A program made the translations under genes and the position numbers. Under the pieces are notes generated by a model. That model was given only the letters and a program-made list of their open reading frames with translations, made no database searches and had not been told where the DNA came from. This document shows, piece by piece, positions 17,412 through 26,728 of a DNA stretch of 64,000 nucleotides; the stretch's first letter is position 1; each line of letters opens with the position of its first letter. The stretch lies in assembly GCA_965229565.1 (NCBI GenBank), contig OZ245888.1:2073467-2137466 (forward strand), written 5' to 3'. This stretch comes from Gammaproteobacteria bacterium (lineage in GTDB: Bacteria; Pseudomonadota; Gammaproteobacteria; Eutrophobiales; Eutrophobiaceae).

Positions 17412-18581
17412 TTATTTACGACTTTTCTTTTTTGTCGCAATTTTCTTCCCGACAAGCAGTAAGTGAATCACTCTCTCACCAGCATTGGCAAGAAGCACCT
17501 TTGAATTTTTCATAGCTTCTTCAAGTGAAATCGGGGACGCACATGCGCTGTCCAGTCCAGCTATGCCATGTTTAAAAACACCATTGGCATCATCAGCAAG
17601 ACCTCCTCCTACAGCAATAGTAGGCACGCCATACTTTCGCGCTGTCTTAGCCACGCCTGACGGTGTCTTGCCAAATGCTGTTTGAAAATCGACCTGGCCT
17701 TCACCGGTGATAACGAGATCGGCATTTTTCAAATGTTTAGCAATTTTTGTTGCTTCCAGCACGATATCAATACCGCTCTTCATGCTGGCCCGTGCAAACG
17801 CAACCAGTCCGGCACCCAGGCCACCCGCGGCACCGGCACCCTTGCGATTGAGCACGTCTTTCTTCAGGTCCTTCTTGATGATACCGGCCAGGTGACGCAG
17901 GTTGGAGTCCAGTGTTTTTACCATGGCCGGTGTTGCACCTTTCTGCGGGCCAAACACGTGTGAGGCACCGTTCTTGCCACACAGTGGATTATTAACATCA
18001 CAGGCAACCACAATTTTTGTTTTTTTCATCAGCGGATCAAGTCCACTCATATCGATACCGGAGATTTTGTTCAGCATGCCGCCCGCACCATGCTGCTTGA
18101 TAGTTTTTCCATTCTTGTCGAGAAAGCGTACACCTATGGCCTGGGCCATGCCGACACCACCATCGTTGGTGGCCGAACCACCTATACCAATGATAATCTT
18201 ACTGGCGCCACGGCGTGCCGCATCAATTAACAATTCACCTGTTCCGTAGCTGGTCGTTTTCAGTGGATTGCGCGCTTTGCCAGTCGCAAGCGGCAGCCCG
18301 GATGCCTCGGCCATTTCAATTACCGCGGTTTCACCGTCGGCCAGCATACCGTAGCGTGCTGTCACCGGTTTACCGATCGGTCCTGTCACTTTCTTGCGTA
18401 CGAATTTGCCCCCGGTCGCATCTACCAGGGACTGCACCGTACCCTCACCGCCGTCGGCCATGGGCACCTTGATACATTTCGCCCGTGGCAGGACCCGTTT
18501 TATGCCCTTCTCCAGGGCACTGGCAACCTGTAAAGAGGTCAGGTTTCCCTTAAACGAGTCCGGTGCGAGTACGATTTTCAT
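17412..18581 (-). CDS. Glycerate kinase
   Basis: 389 aa with the canonical N-terminus MKIVLAPDSFKG, then DGGEGT and ITGEG motifs. Confidence 0.9.
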   Translation of the reverse strand: MKIVLAPDSFKGNLTSLQVASALEKGIKRVLPRAKCIKVPMADGGEGTVQSLVDATGGKFVRKKVTGPIGKPVTARYGMLADGETAVIEMAEASGLPLATGKARNPLKTTSYGTGELLIDAARRGASKIIIGIGGSATNDGGVGMAQAIGVRFLDKNGKTIKQHGAGGMLNKISGIDMSGLDPLMKKTKIVVACDVNNPLCGKNGASHVFGPQKGATPAMVKTLDSNLRHLAGIIKKDLKKDVLNRKGAGAAGGLGAGLVAFARASMKSGIDIVLEATKIAKHLKNADLVITGEGQVDFQTAFGKTPSGVAKTARKYGVPTIAVGGGLADDANGVFKHGIAGLDSACASPISLEEAMKNSKVLLANAGERVIHLLLVGKKIATKKKSRK

Positions 18582-18704
18582 TCAAATGCCCTCCTTTCGT
18601 GGCATGCTGTTCTTGGCAATTAAGTGGCAGATTAGACTGTTATATGGTTTTTATTTTGTAGTATCCGTAGTTTAAGTGATTTAAGAGAGATACGAAAATA
18701 ATTG

Positions 18705-19703
18705 CTAGCGGTTAGCCAGGCTGACCAGGAGTTCAAGCAAGCCGGTCATCACCCGCGCCATATGCTCATAGTTCAGGCTGGCCGGCACATCGCTCACATT
18801 GTGATAACCAAAATTACGAAAACCGGCGGTATCCGTAATCATTAATGCCGGGTAACCGTAACGCCAGAACGCCGCCTGGTCTGATCGACGCACATCCCTG
18901 ACCAACATCACCGGGGCTGCCATGCCCTCTGCCGGGAACTGGCCACTATCACGAAAAAGTTTGATGCTATCGAGCAGCAATCCACGCGACTTGTAATTAC
19001 TAACAAAGGCAACGAAATTAGCGGTATCCGGGTAAAGCCATTTGAACGGTTTAGGGTAATTCTGGCTTTCTGGCTCATCACTGTAATAGCCAAGCATTTC
19101 CAGCGAAAACATGGCCTGGATGTTTTCACCTCGCTCGGAGGCCTGGCGTGCATGGTGCAAGCTGCCCATATCCCTGGTAAAAAAGAACGGGTATTCCTCG
19201 TTTGCAAAGGCTACAAATCGCACACTTCGTTTCAACGACATATTGGCAATCTTTTTTGCCAGTTCCAGCATAACGGCCACACCGGATGCATTATCGTCTG
19301 CCCCTGGCGTCATCCAGACCGTATCGTAATGCGCGCCAACCACGATGACCTGGTCGGGAATTTCTCTGCCGTAATGTTCGGCCACGATATTTCGGTATTG
19401 TTCCTTGTCACCAAATATTTCAGTATACGGTGTGAGTCCGTTCCGCTTGAAGGCTGCATGAATATAGTCTGCCGCTTGCTGATAGGCAGCGGGGACCTCG
19501 TGATGACGTTCACCTATTTCAGTAGCCAGCGTCTCCACGACTTCACGCATGGCATTGGCAGACTGCTGCTGGTCTGCGGTCAGTGATGGTAAATCACCTG
19601 CCGGATTTTTTCCCGGCATGATAATCATGCTCGCAAAAAAGGCGCTGCCTGCGAGTATCAGCAGTGCCGTCAGGATCAGCGATGTTTGTAACGACTGTTT
19701 CAT
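18705..19703 (-). CDS. M28 family metallopeptidase (aminopeptidase-like), secreted or anchored
   Basis: 332 aa with an N-terminal hydrophobic segment and the metal-ligand context GAHYDTV ... GADDNASGVA ... NEE. Confidence 0.8.
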   Translation of the reverse strand: MKQSLQTSLILTALLILAGSAFFASMIIMPGKNPAGDLPSLTADQQQSANAMREVVETLATEIGERHHEVPAAYQQAADYIHAAFKRNGLTPYTEIFGDKEQYRNIVAEHYGREIPDQVIVVGAHYDTVWMTPGADDNASGVAVMLELAKKIANMSLKRSVRFVAFANEEYPFFFTRDMGSLHHARQASERGENIQAMFSLEMLGYYSDEPESQNYPKPFKWLYPDTANFVAFVSNYKSRGLLLDSIKLFRDSGQFPAEGMAAPVMLVRDVRRSDQAAFWRYGYPALMITDTAGFRNFGYHNVSDVPASLNYEHMARVMTGLLELLVSLANR

Positions 19704-19777
19704 ATACCCTTTTTATCACCTACTTTAAAAAGCCAACAGTACGTGCTTTACTAACCGAAACCAATAAAATATCGCTC

Positions 19778-20296
19778 ATGTTTGAATTTTTCCTGTTCAT
19801 TTTTATACCGTTACTCGCCTGGGGCATCATTATTTACAATTTGCTGGTGCGTGACAAAATCCGTGTCGAAACGGCGTGGAGCGATATAGAGGTACAGCTG
19901 AAGAGACGCCATGATCTTATCCCCAAGCTGATAGATGCAGTCAAACAGTACGCCGCATTCGAGAATGCGACCATGACGGCCATTACCGAGCTACGCACTC
20001 GTAGTGAACAAAGCCAGGACGTTAAGGATATAAGCATGGTAGAGAAGGCGCTGGGTCATGAAATCAAGCAACTACTCTTACTCGCGGAGGCCTATCCTGA
20101 TTTAAAAGCCAGCCAATCATTTCTTGACTTGCAACATAACCTGACTGACGTGGAAAACCATATTCAATATGCTCGCCGCTATTACAATGGCTCTGTGCGT
20201 AACCTGAACATACGGGTCGAGTCTTTTCCCGACATGTTGTTTGCCCGCTTCTTCAACTTCAAGCAGGCGAATTATTTCCAGGCTGATCTAGATTAA
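19778..20296 (+). CDS. lemA: LemA family protein
   Basis: 172 aa from the ATG at 19778 with an N-terminal TM. LemA-like WSDIEVQLKRRHDLIPKLI and YYNGSVRNLN. Confidence 0.85.
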   Translation: MFEFFLFIFIPLLAWGIIIYNLLVRDKIRVETAWSDIEVQLKRRHDLIPKLIDAVKQYAAFENATMTAITELRTRSEQSQDVKDISMVEKALGHEIKQLLLLAEAYPDLKASQSFLDLQHNLTDVENHIQYARRYYNGSVRNLNIRVESFPDMLFARFFNFKQANYFQADLD

Positions 20297-20299
20297 CTT

Positions 20300-22237
20300 A
20301 TGAAACTGCGACTACCCGCCCTGCTCCTAGCCTGCTTGTTATGTAGCACGGTACAGGCCGAGGAAGTTATTCAATCATTTCATAGCGACATAAAGGTTTC
20401 TGAAGATGGCAGCATGCAGGTTACAGAGACTATCGTCGTACGTGCCGAAGGCAACAAGATAAAGCGCGGGATCTACCGTGACTTCCCTACACGTTACAAG
20501 GACAGGCTGGGTAATAATTATGTCGTTGGTTTCGATATCCTGTCTGTCAGGCGCGGCGGCCGTAATGAAAATTTTCACACAAAGAACCTGAGTAATGGTG
20601 TCAGGATCTACATAGGTAACAAGGGCAGCAACATCAGCCGGGGCGTGCATTCCTACGAGATAAGCTATCGAACAAACCGCCAGCTTGGCTTCTTCGAGGA
20701 TCACGATGAACTCTACTGGAATGTCACCGGCAATGACTGGGCATTTCCTATTCTTAATGCCAGCGCGACGGTTCAGCTTCCCTCCAGTGTGGATGCAAAA
20801 AACATCAAGCTTGAAGCATATACCGGCTTTTCGGGAAGCAAGGAAAGAAATTATTTCGCCTCGATCAAGGGCCGCGCCGTCTCGTATTTTGAAACCACGC
20901 GCCCTCTCGGCGTCAAGCAGGGTTTGACCATCGTCGTTGGCTTTCCCAAGGGACATGTCATAGAGCCAGACATGTCAGAAAAGATCGGCTATGTTCTCAA
21001 GGATAATAGCGGTATAGCGGCGATGAGCCTGGGCCTGCTAATCCTGCTTGCCTATTATTTCCTCGTCTGGACACGGGTTGGCAAGGACCCGGAACAAGGC
21101 GTCATCATTGCACATTATGAGCCACCCGCTAATTACTCCCCGGCTGCCACGCGATTCATCAGGAAGATGGGCTATGATAAAACCTGTTTTACTGCTGCAA
21201 TCGTCAGCCTTGCCGTCAAGGGCTACCTGACTATTTCAGAAGAGGATGGCGGCTCCTTATTTGGCACCGGTTCAAATTATGTACTCTCAAAAAAAGAAGG
21301 TAGTAATGAAAAGCTAAGCTGGGACGAGCAAGTCATTCTAAACAAGTTATTTCAAACCGCTTCCAGCCTTACCCTGACCCAGACCAATCACTCCCGTATC
21401 TCAAAGCTGCTGGAAGCACATGAAAATATTCTTGAGAAGGATTACGAGACAAAATATTTCAAGACCAATTCATGGTTTTTTGCCGCCGGCCTTTTTATTA
21501 CCGCGCTTGTGCTGTTGTTTGGTTTCGTTAACCAGATGAAAAATGGCACTAACGAGGCGACTATTTTTCTTACTATCTGGCTGGGCATCTGGAGTATTGG
21601 CGTCTGTGTGCTGGTCGCCAATGCCTGGCGTGCCTGGAAAAAGGCAACAAGCAAAACTTCTGCCGGCACTGTTATAACTGCACTTGGCAGTACGGCATTC
21701 GTCATCCCGTTTGTTTTTTTCGAGTTTATGGCAATCGGCATGCTGGTAAAGGAATCTTCCATCACCTTCCCGCTAATGCTCGTTCTCGTTATTGTTGTAA
21801 ACTGGATATTTTATGAGTTATTAAAGGCGCCCACCCTTGCCGGACGAAAATTAATGGACAAGGTGGACGGATTCAAACGCTATATCGAAGTCGCCGAGCA
21901 ACATGAACTGGCTTATAAAAATGCCGGCGGCAAAACGCCGGAATTATTCGAACGTATCCTGCCGTACGCTATCGCCCTGGAGATAGAGGATATATGGGGT
22001 AAGCAATTCGAGGAGGTACTCTCGCAGGCAGCTGCTGGCGAGGCACACTATGCCCCCGGATGGTATCGTGGCTCTGGCTGGAGTAGCAGCAATATTACCG
22101 GGTTTACCAGGACTGTCGGCAGCTCACTGGGCAGCGCCATTGCCAGTTCCTCCACGGCTCCAGGCTCATCCAGCGGCGGCGGCGGCGGAGGTTTTTCCGG
22201 CGGCGGTGGCGGCGGCGGTGGTGGTGGTGGCTGGTAA
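20300..22237 (+). CDS. DUF2207-like membrane protein with a C-terminal poly-Gly tail
   Basis: 645 aa with a signal peptide, a large N-terminal domain and several TM helices. The tail ends SSGGGGGGFSGGGGGGGGGGGW. It starts 4 nt after lemA, the usual partner. Confidence 0.7.
   Translation: MKLRLPALLLACLLCSTVQAEEVIQSFHSDIKVSEDGSMQVTETIVVRAEGNKIKRGIYRDFPTRYKDRLGNNYVVGFDILSVRRGGRNENFHTKNLSNGVRIYIGNKGSNISRGVHSYEISYRTNRQLGFFEDHDELYWNVTGNDWAFPILNASATVQLPSSVDAKNIKLEAYTGFSGSKERNYFASIKGRAVSYFETTRPLGVKQGLTIVVGFPKGHVIEPDMSEKIGYVLKDNSGIAAMSLGLLILLAYYFLVWTRVGKDPEQGVIIAHYEPPANYSPAATRFIRKMGYDKTCFTAAIVSLAVKGYLTISEEDGGSLFGTGSNYVLSKKEGSNEKLSWDEQVILNKLFQTASSLTLTQTNHSRISKLLEAHENILEKDYETKYFKTNSWFFAAGLFITALVLLFGFVNQMKNGTNEATIFLTIWLGIWSIGVCVLVANAWRAWKKATSKTSAGTVITALGSTAFVIPFVFFEFMAIGMLVKESSITFPLMLVLVIVVNWIFYELLKAPTLAGRKLMDKVDGFKRYIEVAEQHELAYKNAGGKTPELFERILPYAIALEIEDIWGKQFEEVLSQAAAGEAHYAPGWYRGSGWSSSNITGFTRTVGSSLGSAIASSSTAPGSSSGGGGGGFSGGGGGGGGGGGW
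22174..22231 (+). repeat. GGC/GGT trinucleotide tract encoding the poly-Gly tail
   Basis: cggcggcggcggcggaggtttttccggcggcggtggcggcggcggtggtggtggtgg, read directly. Confidence 0.9.
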
Positions 22238-22409
22238 ATCTGCGCTCATACCCTGTCCCGAAGCAATATCTGATGTATGCATAGCCATCATCGCACAGAG
22301 TCATTAGAATATGCGCCTTTGAACCCGGGCGTGACCCGCGTGTCTATTAATTTTACAGATAACAAAATAAAGACTTGCTGTGATTCGCAGTACGAAGGAG
22401 CTTATAAGA

Positions 22410-22940
22410 ATGAAATCTATCAAACTTGCTGTAATTGGCGTTCTCCTCTTGCCAGCGCTGGTATTCGCGCATGGCCCTTCACGTCAAAAAGTGACTGAAT
22501 CCATAGAAATTGATGCAGCACCGGACAAGGTCTGGGCCATCCTGCAGGATTTCTGCTCTATCAAGGATTGGCATCCTGCCATTAACAGCTGTCAGTCCGA
22601 TCAGCTCGATGTAGGTGCCATTCGTGAGATTGAATTAGCCAATGGCGAAAAAGTTGCTGAAAAACTATTCAAACGTGATGAAGAAAAAATGCGCATGCAG
22701 TACGCCATGCAGTTGGAAAAAGGTCGAATAATTGATGGCTTGCCTATCGCCACGCATGGCTCAACCATGACCGTGAAAGATAACGGTGGCAAGACTACGG
22801 TGGAATGGAAAGGCGCCTTTTATCGATCTTTTCCCGGCCAACAACCACCGCCGGAACTCAGCGATGCCGCATGTATTGAGGCCGTCACCAGGTTGTACAG
22901 TGAAGGTCTGCAAGGCCTTAAAGCCATGGCAGAAAAATAA
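22410..22940 (+). CDS. Secreted SRPBCC-fold protein (MxaD-like)
   Basis: 176 aa from the ATG at 22410 with GAAGGAG upstream, and the signal peptide LAVIGVLLLPALVFA. Contains WAILQDFCSIKDWHP, typical of SRPBCC/polyketide-cyclase-like folds. Confidence 0.55.
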   Translation: MKSIKLAVIGVLLLPALVFAHGPSRQKVTESIEIDAAPDKVWAILQDFCSIKDWHPAINSCQSDQLDVGAIREIELANGEKVAEKLFKRDEEKMRMQYAMQLEKGRIIDGLPIATHGSTMTVKDNGGKTTVEWKGAFYRSFPGQQPPPELSDAACIEAVTRLYSEGLQGLKAMAEK

Positions 22941-22963
22941 GCCTGGCCTTATATAATCACCGG

Positions 22964-23914
22964 GTGTTTTCCAAACCCGTAATTTGTATCTTCATACTGG
23001 GCTGGACCTGTATCGTGCAGGCCCGGCCCTTGGCTTTTATTACCAACCAGGGCAGCGACTCTGTATCGGTTATCGATACCGAAACTAACCATGTCATTGA
23101 AACTATCGGTGTAGGCCATCGCCCTGCCGGTGTGGTGGTCAGTCATAACGGTGAACGGGTATACGTTTCCAACCCGGAAAGCCGTGATATTTCCGTCATC
23201 GATACCGCCAGCATGACCACTATCCAGTCTATCAGCGTTGGCGGCGGTCCCGTTGCCATTGATATCAGCCCGGATGACAAGCATGTGTTTGTGGCTGACT
23301 GGTATGAGGACAGTGTCTTTGTAATCGACACAGGCACTTTAAAGATCGTCAAACAAATAAAGGTGGGTGACTCACCATCAGGACTGACTGTCGACCCTGA
23401 TGGTGAATTTCTCTACGTCGCCAACCGCGACGATAATACCGTGATGATCATTAACCTGGCGGATTTCCGGGTAATCAATACTATAGCTGTGGGCAAGGCA
23501 CCGTTTGGAATGGCACTCAATAGCCAGTTACAACAGCTATACACGGCCAATGTACAGTCCGGTGATGTCACCGTGATTAATCTGAAAACGAACAAGGTTA
23601 CAGGGCACGTCCCGGTTGGTCTGTTTCCCTATGCCATTGAAGTCGACTATGAACAACAGCGTTTGTTTGTAACCAACCAGCGATCAAACTCTGTATCGGT
23701 TATCAACCTTGAACAGATGCAAACCGTCGCAACAATAGACGTGGGTGAATACCCGGAAGGACTGGATCTGCATCCACACAAACCACACCTGTATGTCGCC
23801 AACTGGTTTGACAACCTGGTTTACGTAATCGATATCAATACATTGCAGGTGATCGACGAAATAGAAACAGGTGACGGCTGCCGTGCCTACGGAGAATTTA
23901 TAACCAGTATGTAG
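22964..23914 (+). CDS. YVTN-type beta-propeller repeat protein
   Basis: 316 aa with about 7 repeats of the form LYV(A/T)N...N.VSVID...... I.VG..P.G. Confidence 0.75.
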   Translation: MFSKPVICIFILGWTCIVQARPLAFITNQGSDSVSVIDTETNHVIETIGVGHRPAGVVVSHNGERVYVSNPESRDISVIDTASMTTIQSISVGGGPVAIDISPDDKHVFVADWYEDSVFVIDTGTLKIVKQIKVGDSPSGLTVDPDGEFLYVANRDDNTVMIINLADFRVINTIAVGKAPFGMALNSQLQQLYTANVQSGDVTVINLKTNKVTGHVPVGLFPYAIEVDYEQQRLFVTNQRSNSVSVINLEQMQTVATIDVGEYPEGLDLHPHKPHLYVANWFDNLVYVIDINTLQVIDEIETGDGCRAYGEFITSM

Positions 23915-23923
23915 TCTTCTGAT

Positions 23924-24925
23924 TTAACCTTGCTCTAGCAGGTTTCTTAGATCTATCACTGCTGCATTCGCACGCGATATATACGAGCCCATAACCAGGG
24001 AGTGATTGGCCAGGAAACCAAAGCCGGTACCATTGAGGATAACCGGGCTCCAGACAAAATCCTGGGTTGCTTCCAGTTCCCGCACGATCTGTCTCAGGCT
24101 GACCAGTGCATTCTTCTTTTGCAGTACATCGCGCATGTCATGCTCAAGCGCATGCATGATATGTATCAGGGCCCAGCATGAACCACGGGCCTCGTAAAAG
24201 ATATCGTCGATCTCCAGCCAGGAAGTCTTGACCATCGTCAAGGATGGTTTGGACGTACTTTGCGTCGCTTCCGAATCCCCTTCCAGGTCAGTATTGATAC
24301 GGGCCTGACCAACGCTGGCACTGAGTCGCTGTGACAGGCTACCGAGGCGCTTCTCGACTATATGTAGATAATCGCGCAGGTTATCGGCACGGGCATAAAA
24401 CTGTGCCCCCTGTTCATTAGGATCAGATAAACGCCTTAAATAATTCTGCATCGCTTTCAGACCCTGGCGGTATTCTCGTTCGGTCGCAGGTAAAATCCAG
24501 GAGGCATTATCAAAGTGGAACTGCGGATCTGCTACCATCAGGTCCTTGTCCTCGATAGACTGGGTCTGCGACCGGCTGAAATCATTACGCAGTGCCCGGG
24601 CCATATCACGTACTTGCGTTAATACACCAAATTCCCAGTTAGGGATATTATCCATGAACACGCCGGGCGGCATCACATCATTACTCAGGTAACCTCCGCG
24701 CTTATCAAGCATGGTCTGTGCAACCTCGATTACCGTGGCCGTTGTAACGTAGCCGGTAACGAACTGGTCGCTGCCCTGGTTACGGTATTGAGCTCGTTGT
24801 TTCACATCGAAGCTCTCCGGCTCGGTATCCCAATACTCCATCAGGGCCAGCATGGCAATAGTAACCAGCAACAATACTAGCAATATGTATTTGCTGTAAG
24901 TACGTTCTTGACCGTCGCTTTCCAT
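23924..24925 (-). CDS. Membrane-anchored protein, DUF2333-like
   Basis: 333 aa with one N-terminal TM. The family call rests on recollection of RGGYLSNDV.PPG and NWEFGVL..RD elements. Confidence 0.4.
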   Translation of the reverse strand: MESDGQERTYSKYILLVLLLVTIAMLALMEYWDTEPESFDVKQRAQYRNQGSDQFVTGYVTTATVIEVAQTMLDKRGGYLSNDVMPPGVFMDNIPNWEFGVLTQVRDMARALRNDFSRSQTQSIEDKDLMVADPQFHFDNASWILPATEREYRQGLKAMQNYLRRLSDPNEQGAQFYARADNLRDYLHIVEKRLGSLSQRLSASVGQARINTDLEGDSEATQSTSKPSLTMVKTSWLEIDDIFYEARGSCWALIHIMHALEHDMRDVLQKKNALVSLRQIVRELEATQDFVWSPVILNGTGFGFLANHSLVMGSYISRANAAVIDLRNLLEQG

Positions 24926-25085
24926 TTAATAATTAACCTGCATCTATTCAAGATTGTTGTTTATAAATCATCTTCCTGATTTTTCACTGGCAATTCAACA
25001 CTTGTCGGTGAGTATTACTAGGGACAAGTACGAACATGATAGATTCACTCATGCGGCATCGTTTGTGCTATAGATACTGTGTCAT

Positions 25086-25559
25086 ATGATAAAAATCTCT
25101 GCCCTGACCATTGCTGTATGCCTGTTGCTGCCTGCTTTCACTCATGCGAATGAGCTGGAGCAGGCGCTGAACGACTATGAATACGGCCATTTCGCTGCTG
25201 CCATGAAGACCCTGGAAAAACTGGCCAGAGAGGATAATCCCGAGGCCCAGTATCACCTTGCCTTCATGTATTTCAACGGTGATGGCGTTGAGAATAATGA
25301 TGAGATTGCTGCAAAATGGTTCGAGCAGGCGGCCATGGCAGGACACGCCGGCGCACAGGATATACTGGCCTACATGTACCTGAATGGTCGTGGCGTGGCC
25401 GCCGACCCGCTGCAGGCTTATGTCTGGTACAGTATTGCCGCCGAAAACGGGGTCTTTTTGGCGAACAAGATCATCACCATGCTCGAACAGGAAATGACAC
25501 TGGAAGACCGCGTTGCCGCAGAAATGATGCTGGAAGAATCCCGGGCAATGGTTAAATAA
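25086..25559 (+). CDS. Secreted Sel1-like repeat protein
   Basis: 157 aa with the signal peptide ALTIAVCLLLPAFTHA and Sel1 units AQYHLAFMYFNGDGVENN and AQDILAYMYLNGRGVAAD. Confidence 0.8.
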   Translation: MIKISALTIAVCLLLPAFTHANELEQALNDYEYGHFAAAMKTLEKLAREDNPEAQYHLAFMYFNGDGVENNDEIAAKWFEQAAMAGHAGAQDILAYMYLNGRGVAADPLQAYVWYSIAAENGVFLANKIITMLEQEMTLEDRVAAEMMLEESRAMVK

Positions 25560-25626
25560 AACCTGCTCAATTTTCTCCTGTCGCGGCCGCTATAACGACT
25601 AGAAGTTATTGCAAGCGGACAAGACC

Positions 25627-25989
25627 ATGACCAGAAAACTGGCTTTATTGTTTATCAGCCTGGCACTACCAGCATACGCGATGGCGTTTAATATCAACGC
25701 CGTCGGTAAAGCTGGTAATAACAGCATGTTTGATTCACGTAGCTGTAACGAACTGTATATGCAGGCCAGCGCCCTGGAAAAACAGACCTACCAGCACCAG
25801 CATAACTATTACACTGATAAACAGGCACAGGCCGCAAGCATTGCCTCGGCAGTCTTCACGCCGGCTTTCTATTATTTTGGTTACGCGGCCTTCAAGGACT
25901 ACAAGTCACAGGTAGATGCGACGTCGGCCATGCAGGACATCGATGCCATCCGGGCGCGGATGGCTGAAAAACGCTGTTTCGATCAATAA
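25627..25989 (+). CDS. Secreted protein, function unknown
   Basis: 120 aa from the ATG at 25627, with the signal peptide LALLFISLALPAYAMA. Confidence 0.4.
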   Translation: MTRKLALLFISLALPAYAMAFNINAVGKAGNNSMFDSRSCNELYMQASALEKQTYQHQHNYYTDKQAQAASIASAVFTPAFYYFGYAAFKDYKSQVDATSAMQDIDAIRARMAEKRCFDQ

Positions 25990-26026
25990 CTACTCTCCAA
26001 CCGGAAATTAGTACCACATGACTAAA

Positions 26027-26054
26027 TAGTGAATATTTTATTGATTATTCACTA
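26027..26054. promoter_or_regulatory. Candidate TetR operator (9-bp inverted repeat)
   Basis: TAGTGAATA-N10-TATTCACTA lies 23 nt upstream of the TetR start. A second palindrome, CGCCTAG-c-CTAGGCG, is at 26060-26074. Confidence 0.5.
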
Positions 26055-26076
26055 ATGTTCGCCTAGCCTAGGCGAC

Positions 26077-26694
26077 ATGATGCAGCCAGCAATCACCAAA
26101 GACCCGGCCGATATCATCCTGGAATGCGCTATTCAGCGCTTCAGCATCTATGGTTTTAACAAGACCACCATGGCCGAAATTGCCGATGACGCTTCCATGT
26201 CGGCGGCCAATATCTATCGCTATTTCAAGAACAAGCAGGACATCGCGGCTGTTTGCACGCGAAATATCATGAATGAGCGTTTGGCTGTTCTCACAAAAGC
26301 CATTCGCAACCCTGAGCTGACCGCAGGACAGAGACTGGAACAATACGTCCTTGAAACATTGCAGTTTTCTCGAACTAAAGCAAATGAAAACAGCAAGATA
26401 GATGAAATATGTAACGAGATTACACGCCATCGTCCCGATTTGGTTCACCACAAGATAGAAAATGAAAAAGCCCTGATCGTGGAAATCCTGACACTGGGAA
26501 ACCAGACCGGCGAATTCCAGGTAGATAACGTGATGAAAAGGGCTGAAGCCATACACGCCATGCTCGTGGTGTTTGATGTGCCGATGTTTATGCACCTCTT
26601 TTCCGAGGAGCAATACCTGCAAATAGCCAGGTCCTCGGTACAAATAATCCTGGCTGGCCTGGGTAGCGGCTCACTCTCGGTAAAGACTGAATAA
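26077..26694 (+). CDS. TetR/AcrR family transcriptional regulator
   Basis: 205 aa with the N-terminal HTH FSIYGFNKTTMAEIADDASMSAANIYRYFKNKQDI. Confidence 0.9.
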   Translation: MMQPAITKDPADIILECAIQRFSIYGFNKTTMAEIADDASMSAANIYRYFKNKQDIAAVCTRNIMNERLAVLTKAIRNPELTAGQRLEQYVLETLQFSRTKANENSKIDEICNEITRHRPDLVHHKIENEKALIVEILTLGNQTGEFQVDNVMKRAEAIHAMLVVFDVPMFMHLFSEEQYLQIARSSVQIILAGLGSGSLSVKTE

Positions 26695-26728
26695 TCCAAA
26701 GAATACTACTAGCGACGTGAGATGACCT

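Noticed and set aside
20375-20956. 193-aa minus-strand ORF (similarly 30511-31035, 39341-39856, 8788-9303, 59516-60025)
   Set aside because: Each lies inside, or in an alternative frame of, a longer ORF with recognisable family features. None has motifs of its own.
26068-26643. 191-aa minus-strand ORF
   Set aside because: It is fully antisense to the TetR regulator gene, which has a clear HTH signature.
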